This document shows positions 1 to 6,295 of a DNA stretch of 8,953 bases, in pieces; within the stretch, counting starts at the first letter, position 1; each line of letters opens with the position of its first letter. The stretch comes from a virus (Duplodnaviria > Heunggongvirae > Uroviricota > Caudoviricetes), in the IMG/VR virus record IMGVR_UViG_2778261447_000007, positions 1 to 8,953 of that record; one strand, written 5' to 3'. The position numbers and the translations under genes are program-made. The notes beneath the pieces are model-generated. The model saw only the letters and a list, made by a program, of their open reading frames with translations. It had not been told where the DNA came from and made no database searches.

Positions 1-165
1 ATGACTCATGATGAACCCTGTTCCATGGCTCCAGATGACAAACATGATCTCATATCAGGGACTTGTTCGCACCTTCCCTAGCTCTACCCTGCGCCATGAA
101 AATGTCAATTCACATCTGAACTAATGCTCTTTAATCTAGTAACGTCTAAAATACCTAACATTTCC

Positions 166-579
166 TTAATAAAATGCCAGTACACGCTGCATAGCTTCGC
201 TCTTCCGGCACTCGCGACAGATTATATTCAGGCGCCTGTCGTAGCGGCGTATTTCTCCGTCTGGTAATGACCAGATAAGGTCAGGATCAACCACAACCGG
301 TTTTTTCACCTTTTCCCTTGATAGTTTTTTGCGGGCGTTTTGCCAGTCTTTACGCGCCTGCTCAGACGGGAATAATCCGTAGCCTGAATTGTATACATCA
401 CCACTGGCAACCAGCTCTCTGGCAAGAACGCTCAGCAGATATCTTGTCGCACCTGTTTTCGCTTCCAGTTGTCGTAACGTCTCGCGCCCGCTCTGTCGCA
501 CGAGTTCGACAACCTGCCCTTTAATTTTTCCCGCTCTTCTTGTGTAAATACTTTTGCCATAAGCGCCTCCGGCAATCAC
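166..579 (-). CDS. Hypothetical prophage protein (137 aa), function unknown
   Basis: Complete ORF on minus strand. No ATG available; GTG start at 579-577 overlaps the TGA stop of the upstream gene (GTGA coupling). Basic C-terminal half. No family recognised by eye. Confidence 0.45.
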   Translation of the reverse strand: MIAGGAYGKSIYTRRAGKIKGQVVELVRQSGRETLRQLEAKTGATRYLLSVLARELVASGDVYNSGYGLFPSEQARKDWQNARKKLSREKVKKPVVVDPDLIWSLPDGEIRRYDRRLNIICRECRKSEAMQRVLAFY

Positions 580-1346
580 TTTTCCGATACAACACGGCGG
601 GAAGAATCAGTAATCTGTCGAACAATATCCCGGTGCTTGTTCAGCTCCCGCAGCGCGGCGCAGACTCGCTCCCACTTCTGAACATGATTTTTCGCCCGAC
701 GCAATTCGCGGTTTGCCATATGCAGCGATGGTAAAACCAGGTCATCCGCTCGCGTTTCAGTAAACGATGGCAGCGACTGCACAATGTCCGCCACAGTATC
801 TGTTGTAATTTCTTCCTGTGTTGCAGCTTCCTGTACTGGTAACGCAACACCTGCTGGCTGAGGAAAGGCCTTACCAGCCGTTTTCGTTACCGGTGCAGCT
901 TTCGGCTCTGCCGGTAAATTATCGCCCGGCATGCAGTAACTAAATTTACCGTTCCGATTAACGCGTGCCAGCCGCCCCGTTGCGGTTACTACCGCCAGTG
1001 TGGAAGCAACCTTGCGAGTGCTGACACCGAACTTACCCGCCAGTTCCTCACACGTTTTAGCCCCCTCCTGACTGATAAACTCAATCATCATGTCTGCGGT
1101 AACTTTTTGTTCAACCTCCCCGGTCAGCATATCCTGTGCTTCAGATTTTACTGGTCGCTCTTCGGTTACCCGGGATTCACCTTCGCCAGCCAGAAACCAG
1201 ATGTGACCAGTTTTATCAACGAGGCCATTTCTTTTGAGTTCCCACAGCTCGTTCAGAACTTCTTCACGACTGATATCAAGTCGCGTAGCCAATTCTACCG
1301 ACGTGGCTTTTCCCATTGCTTTCAGTGCGTCTAAAACGGTTTCCAT
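576..1346 (-). CDS. Hypothetical prophage protein (256 aa) with two winged-helix-like segments; possibly DUF1627-like (YdaW-like)
   Basis: ATG at 1346; 23 bp downstream of the DnaC-like gene on the same strand. N-terminal 'SVELATRLDISREEVLNELWELKRNGLV' and internal 'CEELAGKFGVSTRKVASTLAVVTATGRLARV' look like wHTH units. Family assignment is from memory and uncertain. Confidence 0.5.
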   Translation of the reverse strand: METVLDALKAMGKATSVELATRLDISREEVLNELWELKRNGLVDKTGHIWFLAGEGESRVTEERPVKSEAQDMLTGEVEQKVTADMMIEFISQEGAKTCEELAGKFGVSTRKVASTLAVVTATGRLARVNRNGKFSYCMPGDNLPAEPKAAPVTKTAGKAFPQPAGVALPVQEAATQEEITTDTVADIVQSLPSFTETRADDLVLPSLHMANRELRRAKNHVQKWERVCAALRELNKHRDIVRQITDSSRRVVSEK

Positions 1347-1369
1347 TAAATTTTTTCTCCCCGATAAAA

Positions 1370-2116
1370 TTACTTTTCAATTCCTGGCTGACCGACATTC
1401 GCACGCCAGCTCTCCCAGTTAAAATTCACCCAGCGCCCACCGTTCATGGTCATGCGGTCCATCACGCGCCCGCCAAGCAGGGTGCTCATTGCGGTATGAT
1501 TCAGGTTCGTCAGCATCCCGACACTGCGCATCGCGGCTGTTCTGCGATCGACGATCTGGTTCAGTGTGACCTGTTCGTTGCGCGTATCACGCTGCATGCC
1601 AATCTCATCCAGAACCAGCAGGTCAACGTCACATAAACCCTGCAAAAATTTTTCGCCTGAGTTTTTGTTATCGTAGATGCCGTGTAGCGCCAGCATCACA
1701 TCAGCCACCGTGACCACAATCACGCTGCGACCTTTCGCCAGAAGATGATTACCGATGGCGGCTGCCAGGTGATTTTTTCCGGTACCCGGCTTACCGCTGA
1801 ACACGAAATTTGTGCATCCGGTTCTCAGTACGTCCGCGATGGATTTTGCCTGGCTCAGCGCATATCGCTGGCCGTCGTTCTGCACCCAGTAATTCGCAAA
1901 CGAACATTTGCGGTGCAACGGCTGGATACCGGAGCGATTCAGAATTTTTTCCACCCGTAACTGACGATTCTGACGGTTGATCTCCTCGCAACGTTTCTGG
2001 CCTTCCGCAAGTTGCCACTCACGCCACTCTTCTGCCGTCCGGTACGGCGCGGTTACATGCTGTGGTGCCAGCTTGCGGATACGTTCAAGAACACCTCCTG
2101 CCGCTATATTTTTCAT
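1370..2116 (-). CDS. DnaC-like replicative helicase loader (AAA+ ATPase, IstB/DnaC family)
   Basis: 248 aa. Walker A 'SGKPGTGKNHLAAAIG', Walker B 'DLLVLDEIG', and 'LNQIVDRR...GMLTNLN...RVMDRM' closely resemble E. coli DnaC as recalled. Starts 6 nt after the initiator gene stop. Confidence 0.9.
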   Translation of the reverse strand: MKNIAAGGVLERIRKLAPQHVTAPYRTAEEWREWQLAEGQKRCEEINRQNRQLRVEKILNRSGIQPLHRKCSFANYWVQNDGQRYALSQAKSIADVLRTGCTNFVFSGKPGTGKNHLAAAIGNHLLAKGRSVIVVTVADVMLALHGIYDNKNSGEKFLQGLCDVDLLVLDEIGMQRDTRNEQVTLNQIVDRRTAAMRSVGMLTNLNHTAMSTLLGGRVMDRMTMNGGRWVNFNWESWRANVGQPGIEK

Positions 2117-2122
2117 AATCCT

Positions 2123-3193
2123 TCACCCCCTGAAACCTGGTGGAATTTCGGTATCCGGTTCGGAAATATGATTCACACAACGCTGGTTGTTCGTCCCGCC
2201 AGTCGGGAGCAACCAGGGGTTTTCAAAATTCCGGTCAGGTCCAAAAAACGTTGTCGCCCGCTGAACAAATTCCGTTCCCGCTTTCCCGGTCGCCGCCAGG
2301 TACCTCGCGTAACGCCTCACACCATCCAGCATGACCTGCGGTGGCACCCCCTCGCGTAATCTGGCCTTCCAGGCACTGAAAGCGGATTTCTTCGGGTTTG
2401 CCCCGGCACGCAACGGGTATTCCCGCCAGACCTGTTCGAACACATCCGGATAATCCACTCGTCCCACAGGCTGCCCGGTGTTTTCCGGGACTACCCGATC
2501 GGCTTCCCGCTGAATCGCGGAATCGGCTTCAGGCTGCTGCAGTTGGTGTGATTGCTCCGACCCTGCGGTCATCGCCTGCTGCACAGCGCCCGAATCGGCT
2601 TTCAGCGCATACGCTGAATCGGCTTCCGGTGTCGTGCCTGCGGGCTGATCAGGATTGACGGTCTGAACATCCCCAGCCTGGTTCGTGGCGTTTTTCACGC
2701 CATGGACCATAGTGTTTTGATCTTCTTGATCTGTATCTTTATCTGTATCTTTATCTGTCGTGACTCGTCGTGACATGTGCGTGACATTTCGTGACGCGCC
2801 GTGACAATCGCCATTTTGTTCCCGCTTTCTTTCCCTCTCTCGCTGCGCCCTCTTGCGCTCTGCAGGAGATTTTGCGGTTTGCGAAATATTGCCGTTGTCC
2901 TCTTTCAGCACCTGGCGTTTTTCCCATCCAGTGATTAAATCACCATCAAGTACCCGCCCCTGCATCGTCTGCAAAATTGAATCAATCATCTCTTCTGTCA
3001 CATCGAGCGCACTTGCCAAATCCTCGGTCGTGACATCAATGTGACCTCGCGTGACATTTCGTGACGCGCTCACCAGGAGGTGGATATACACAGCCATCAC
3101 TGTTGCAATTGGCTGACCTGACACCCGGGCAATGGTTCGCCACTTGGGGTCATTTGGCATGTCATGCCATAATCTGAGCCAGGCATTAGCCAT
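2123..3193 (-). CDS. Phage replication initiator / replisome organiser with DnaT-like C-terminal domain
   Basis: 356 aa, ATG at 3193 with GAGG Shine-Dalgarno. C-terminus '...VNHISEPDTEIPPGFRG' resembles the C-terminus of E. coli primosomal protein DnaT as recalled. Central low-complexity linker is encoded by the iteron repeats. Sits directly upstream of the DnaC-like gene. Confidence 0.75.
   Translation of the reverse strand: MANAWLRLWHDMPNDPKWRTIARVSGQPIATVMAVYIHLLVSASRNVTRGHIDVTTEDLASALDVTEEMIDSILQTMQGRVLDGDLITGWEKRQVLKEDNGNISQTAKSPAERKRAQRERERKREQNGDCHGASRNVTHMSRRVTTDKDTDKDTDQEDQNTMVHGVKNATNQAGDVQTVNPDQPAGTTPEADSAYALKADSGAVQQAMTAGSEQSHQLQQPEADSAIQREADRVVPENTGQPVGRVDYPDVFEQVWREYPLRAGANPKKSAFSAWKARLREGVPPQVMLDGVRRYARYLAATGKAGTEFVQRATTFFGPDRNFENPWLLPTGGTNNQRCVNHISEPDTEIPPGFRG
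2729..2758. repeat. Tandem 12-bp repeat (ATCTGTATCTTT x2.5) in an AT-rich stretch with two GATC sites; candidate DNA-unwinding element of the origin
   Basis: ATCTGTATCTTT at 2729-2740 and 2741-2752, partial ATCTGT at 2753-2758; GATC at 2719-2722 and 2728-2731. Encodes the 'DKDTDKDTD' repeat in the initiator. Confidence 0.6.
2759..2805. repeat. Iteron cluster 1: five CGTGAC repeats with 10-11 bp periodicity (candidate ori iterons inside the initiator gene)
   Basis: CGTGAC at 2759, 2769, 2780, 2790 and 2800, one helical turn apart. Shares the 21-mer GCGTGACATTTCGTGACGCGC (2779-2799) with cluster 2. Confidence 0.7.
3029..3069. repeat. Iteron cluster 2: four (C/T)GTGAC repeats with 10-11 bp periodicity
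   Basis: GTGAC hexamers starting 3029, 3040, 3050 and 3060. The 21-mer GCGTGACATTTCGTGACGCGC at 3049-3069 is identical to 2779-2799. Confidence 0.65.
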
Positions 3194-3264
3194 ACTAACC
3201 TCTTCAGATACCGAATCTTTTTAATCACGTATTACCGAAAGAGATCCGGTATGAATATTGCCGA

Positions 3265-3690
3265 TCAATGCACAGCCACAGCATTTCCGGCCGGGCCACC
3301 ACGGTTGATCTGGTTGAAGCCAGCTATTGCCACCGCGACAAAATCATCAGCGTCTCTCACCAGTCGTTCCCGCATCTCCACCAGCTCCCGAAAATAAGCT
3401 GAACTGTGGCTGCGCATTCTGGCCACCAGCAAAGGTGGCATTGCCTTTTCGATCGCTGGTAACAACGCCTGAATTTTTTCAACTGCATCAGGGGTGTCTT
3501 TCTCTACCCAGCGGAAAATTTTCTGGGTATTACGCGCCAGGGCTTCAGGGTGGCTGTCGTCGTACAGTTCCGGGAACGTCATACCCAGTTCGAAATACGC
3601 TTTGGTAATTTTCGCAGCCGGTACTTTTTCGCCGTCCGGATGCGCCCAGGCATTCATCGCCATGCGGATGTGCTCATGTTTGATTTTCAT
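3265..3690 (-). CDS. ydaT: YdaT-like protein (141 aa; cII-analogue position in Rac-like prophages)
   Basis: ATG at 3690 overlaps the stop of the upstream Cro-like gene (ATGA). Position and size fit the second gene of the Rac ydaS-ydaT operon; N-terminus 'MKIKHEHI...' recalled as YdaT-like. Not verified by alignment. Confidence 0.65.
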   Translation of the reverse strand: MKIKHEHIRMAMNAWAHPDGEKVPAAKITKAYFELGMTFPELYDDSHPEALARNTQKIFRWVEKDTPDAVEKIQALLPAIEKAMPPLLVARMRSHSSAYFRELVEMRERLVRDADDFVAVAIAGFNQINRGGPAGNAVAVH

Positions 3691-3974
3691 GAATCAACCC
3701 CATCAACTTTTTTGGTGTTAAGCTCATATTTATGACTTGAAGGGGGCGTAATTCCGGTGTATTCCGGCCATATAAGATCCCAGTCATTCGGCCTCAACTC
3801 TCTTCTTGTAACATGCCCTGCAGTTTCTGCTTCTATCATTAACGCACGAACAGGAGACACTGGTGAACTGCCAGATGCCATTTGAGACAAGAAGGACGGA
3901 GACACACCAAGGTTGGCAGCAAATTTTTTTGCTTCTCCAGTTTTTAATGATTTGATGAATTCCTTTAGAGTCAT
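3687..3974 (-). CDS. ydaS: Cro-like HTH regulator (YdaS-like), first gene of leftward early operon
   Basis: ATG at 3974 (M12 of the 3687..4007 ORF, whose upstream start is TTG). 'LKEFIKSLKTGEAKKFAANLGVSPSFLSQMASG' is an XRE/Cro-type HTH. Divergent from the repressor gene. Confidence 0.7.
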   Translation of the reverse strand: MTLKEFIKSLKTGEAKKFAANLGVSPSFLSQMASGSSPVSPVRALMIEAETAGHVTRRELRPNDWDLIWPEYTGITPPSSHKYELNTKKVDGVDS

Positions 3975-4010
3975 GATTTCGATCTCAACATACTTTAGTG
4001 CAAGCAAAAG

Positions 4011-4038
4011 TTTATACGTAACTAAATAAACCAGTCAA
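4011..4038 (-). promoter_or_regulatory. pR-like sigma70 promoter for the leftward ydaS-ydaT-replication operon (TTGACT-N16-TATAAA on minus strand)
   Basis: Minus strand reads TTGACT (plus 4033-4038), 16-nt spacer, TATAAA (plus 4011-4016), about 35 nt upstream of the ydaS ATG. Near-identical to the promoter at 5463-5490. Confidence 0.6.
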
Positions 4039-4077
4039 GTATTTGCTTATTTCGCAATTACTAAAGATAATGCATGT

Positions 4078-4449
4078 ATGGAAACAAGAGAGATTCGGCG
4101 TTTACGCCTCAAAGAGTGGTTCAAAGACAGAACTTTGCCACCCAAAGAGAAAAGTTACTTATCTCAGTTAATGAGCGGTAAGGCTACGTTTGGCGAAAAA
4201 GCAGCTAGACGTATTGAACAAACATATGGGATGCCAGGGGGTTATCTTGATATTGAGCCAGAAGACATAACAGAGTCTCCATCATCAAGAGCTATAGCAT
4301 TAACCCCTAACCAGCTGGAATTGCTACAAATATTTAGTGCATTTCCTGATAATGAACAGCAAGAGATCATAAAAGAACTAAGAAACAAAAAAGAAGCAAT
4401 GGAAGATTTTGTCGCACGTTGGTTGGCGCAGCAAGGTCGCCGCGCCTGA
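4078..4449 (+). CDS. Prophage repressor candidate (RacR-like/cI-analogue HTH regulator, 123 aa)
   Basis: Divergent from the Cro-like gene across about 100 bp. HTH-like 'KSYLSQLMSGKATFGEKAARRIEQTYGMPGGYLD'. C-terminal module is homologous to the downstream PaaR-like protein. No Shine-Dalgarno; a GATAAT -10 sits 8 nt upstream of the ATG. Confidence 0.65.
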   Translation: METREIRRLRLKEWFKDRTLPPKEKSYLSQLMSGKATFGEKAARRIEQTYGMPGGYLDIEPEDITESPSSRAIALTPNQLELLQIFSAFPDNEQQEIIKELRNKKEAMEDFVARWLAQQGRRA

Positions 4450-4483
4450 TGGGAAGCATACTCTTAAAAACAAGATATATCAG

Positions 4484-4882
4484 ATGGGTGTACTCGAAAT
4501 TAGTGCTCTTAGAATTAGGAAGCTTTTGTTGGTAACAGGCTGGAGCCAGGCAGAACTTGCGCGCAGAATTGGCATTACTCAACAATCCGTTCAAAGATGG
4601 GTTTGTGGTATCTCAAGCCCTACAGCAGCTAATCTAGATAAACTATCTGAAGCAACAGGATATCCTCAGTATTGGTTCTTCTTACCGTTAAATGAAGAAA
4701 AAAATGACAGAATACAAGATATAATAAAAATAACTCCTAGGCAAAAGGAGCTACTTCAAACATTTGAGGCATTTCCAGAGGAAGATCAAGAGCAAATGCT
4801 TCAGGAGATGAAAGACAAAAAAGAGTTAATGGATCGCACAATTGAAAGATGGCTCGCTGCCCGGAAAGGGCATCGGGCATAA
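4484..4882 (+). CDS. paaR: PaaR-like HTH transcriptional regulator of a three-component ParE toxin-antitoxin system (paralogue of the upstream repressor)
   Basis: ATG at 4484 preferred over the TTG at 4409, which would overlap the upstream gene by 41 nt. XRE-type HTH 'WSQAELARRIGITQQSVQRW'. C-terminus 'ITPRQKELLQTFEAFPEEDQEQ...ERWLA' aligns with 'LTPNQLELLQIFSAFPDNEQQE...ARWLA' of the 4078..4449 product. Directly upstream of the antitoxin and toxin genes. Confidence 0.6.
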   Translation: MGVLEISALRIRKLLLVTGWSQAELARRIGITQQSVQRWVCGISSPTAANLDKLSEATGYPQYWFFLPLNEEKNDRIQDIIKITPRQKELLQTFEAFPEEDQEQMLQEMKDKKELMDRTIERWLAARKGHRA

Positions 4883-4911
4883 TGACCACCATACACAGAC
4901 GGAGGTGTGCC

Positions 4912-5103
4912 ATGAATACGGCCCTTTCACCAATGGTTTCTGAGTTTGAAACTATTGAACAAGAAAACAGTTACAACGAATGGCTGCGAGCCAAAGTAGC
5001 TGCAAGCCTTGCAGATCCGCGCCCAGCAATTCCCCATGACGAAGTTGAGCGCAGAATGGCAGAACGCTTTGCTAAAATACGCAAGGAACGGAGTGAACAG
5101 TAA
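4912..5103 (+). CDS. paaA: PaaA-like antitoxin (63 aa) partnered with ParE
   Basis: ATG at 4912 with GGAGG Shine-Dalgarno 6 nt upstream; TAA stop abuts the parE ATG. 'MNTALSPMVSEFETIEQENSYNEWLRAKVA...' matches the PaaA2 antitoxin of E. coli O157 paaR2-paaA2-parE2 as recalled. Confidence 0.7.
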   Translation: MNTALSPMVSEFETIEQENSYNEWLRAKVAASLADPRPAIPHDEVERRMAERFAKIRKERSEQ

Positions 5104-5388
5104 ATGTTACCTGTGTTATGGCTTGAAAGCGCAGATACCGACCTGGATGATATAACTAGTTACATTGCTCGTTTCGACATAGATGCGGCAGAACGCTTAT
5201 GGCAGCGATTAAGGGGGTGTGTGCTGCCATTATCCGAACATCCGTATTTATACCCCCCAAGCGACAGAGTGCCAGGCTTACGTGAGATTGTGGCTCACCC
5301 CAATTATATAATTCTGTACCGCGTGACAACCTCAAGTATTGAAATAGTAAACGTAGTCCATACCCGCCGACAGTTCCCTGTAACATAA
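5104..5388 (+). CDS. parE: ParE/RelE-superfamily toxin (ParE-like, 94 aa)
   Basis: Immediately follows the antitoxin stop. Size and sequence character ('LWLESADTDLDDITSYIARFD...IVAHPNYIILYRV') typical of ParE toxins. Confidence 0.8.
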   Translation: MLPVLWLESADTDLDDITSYIARFDIDAAERLWQRLRGCVLPLSEHPYLYPPSDRVPGLREIVAHPNYIILYRVTTSSIEIVNVVHTRRQFPVT

Positions 5389-5413
5389 CCCTCTGCCCAT
5401 CAACACAGCCTTA

Positions 5414-5441
5414 AACACTCTCAAAGAGAGTGTTATTTTTT
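5414..5441 (+). terminator. Rho-independent terminator ending the repressor/toxin-antitoxin transcription unit
   Basis: Perfect 9-bp stem AACACTCTC (5414-5422) / GAGAGTGTT (5426-5434), 3-nt loop, followed by A then T6 (5436-5441); 26 nt after the parE stop. Confidence 0.85.
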
Positions 5442-5462
5442 ACTGTTTAGTTAAGTTGTAGA

Positions 5463-5490
5463 TTGACTGTTAAGTTTATTTTTGTATAAA
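5463..5490 (+). promoter_or_regulatory. pL-like sigma70 early promoter (TTGACT-N16-TATAAA) directed toward the 72-aa ORF and RecE-like gene
   Basis: TTGACT 5463-5468, 16-nt spacer, TATAAA 5485-5490. Flanked by GTTAAGTT direct repeats (5450-5457, 5469-5476) and a TTTAGT motif shared with the pR-like region. Confidence 0.55.
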
Positions 5491-5678
5491 CTAATTTCAC
5501 CAACCCACCCCGCCCCACAGAACGCAGGGCAATACTTCGAGTTACCAGGCAGTGGTCAGGGGTTAAGTAGCCAGCCCGAGGCGTATGAACATGACGGCAG
5601 GGTTTAACTTTAACTATGCAGCAGGTTTTTGTTCCGCTACCCCGGCGTTAAGGGGAAACAGCACTGAGAGAAATCAGT

Positions 5679-5897
5679 ATGCAGAAGCGAGAACCCGTCA
5701 TCATCGCGCCAGACTATACCGATGATGAACTTTATGAGTGGATGCGCCAGAAAATTAAGGCAGCGCAGGACCTGAAATGGGCCAATGAAGCCAGGGCTAA
5801 GCAGGCTGAAAATCTGTCCGCTCTGGAGCAGGATATCACCAATCTGGAAAAAGCAGCGGCATTAAGCATTGCCAGAATGATTACATACCCGCGTTAA
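5679..5897 (+). CDS. Hypothetical small early protein (72 aa), first ORF downstream of the pL-like promoter
   Basis: ATG at 5679 with GAGAG upstream. Predicted helical, charged; 'ENLSALEQDITNLEKAAALSIARMI' looks coiled-coil-like. No Arg-rich N-like motif. Function unknown. Confidence 0.5.
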   Translation: MQKREPVIIAPDYTDDELYEWMRQKIKAAQDLKWANEARAKQAENLSALEQDITNLEKAAALSIARMITYPR

Positions 5898-6248
5898 TAG
5901 CTAACCAACGAAGCTAAGGTTGGTAATTAAGGAGTTCTCCACGGGTAAGGTGGAGTACGTGCGCCGGACACGGGTGAGCATCCGGCACTGACAGTTTACT
6001 GAAAGGATATTTCCCTGAAAAGTCAGACCATAACGCGAAAGCGCACGGCGAGGTAGCTGGTTCATAGATAGTCTGTCGTTAAATTTTCGTCGACCGTGCG
6101 CTTCCGGTTGTGGCACTCCGCGAAATGGCGCGGCGTAATCATGGCGGGGTACCCTTCCCCTTGAGGACACCGGGTTGTCAGGCTGACCATGCGCCTGAGT
6201 GACAACCCCGCTGCAACGCCCTCTGTTATCAATTTTCTGGTGACGTTT

Positions 6249-6291
6249 GGCGGTATCAGTTTTACTCCGTGACTGCTCTGCCGCCCTTTTT
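6249..6291 (+). terminator. Possible intrinsic terminator (GGCGG...CCGCC stem then T5), weak
   Basis: GGCGG 6249-6253 pairs with CCGCC 6281-6285, followed by C and T5 (6287-6291). Loop is long (27 nt, with an internal CAGT/ACTG stem), so non-canonical. Confidence 0.3.
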
Positions 6292-6295
6292 AAAG

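Noticed and set aside
1-165. Short plus-strand ORF at the window start (ATG at 1, about 27 codons)
   Set aside because: Too short, no ribosome-binding support, and it lies in the region downstream of the minus-strand operon; the window edge prevents assessment.
318-1636. Plus-strand ORFs (318..524, 540..734, 1107..1334, 1234..1422, 1316..1636) and minus 641..850 overlapping the minus-strand genes
   Set aside because: All lie antisense to or out of frame within longer ORFs that have clear homology or operon context; no independent coding support.
1745-3044. ORFs overlapping the DnaC-like and initiator genes (1745..1960, 1791..2018, 1977..2171, 2012..2359, 2140..2334, 2398..2658, 2853..3044)
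   Set aside because: They are embedded in or antisense to strongly supported replication genes; products are low complexity.
4409-4483. Longer 157-aa form of the PaaR-like gene starting at the TTG at 4409
   Set aside because: It would overlap the upstream repressor gene by 41 nt and add a non-HTH N-terminal extension. The ATG at 4484 gives a protein of similar size to its paralogue. Not excluded; needs N-terminal mapping.
5640-5655. boxB/nut-like antitermination hairpin in the pL-side leader
   Set aside because: The CCCC-N8-GGGG hairpin does not match the lambda boxB stem-loop (5-bp stem, 5-nt GAAAA-type loop) and no boxA-like CGCTCTT(T)A element was found nearby; kept only as a note.
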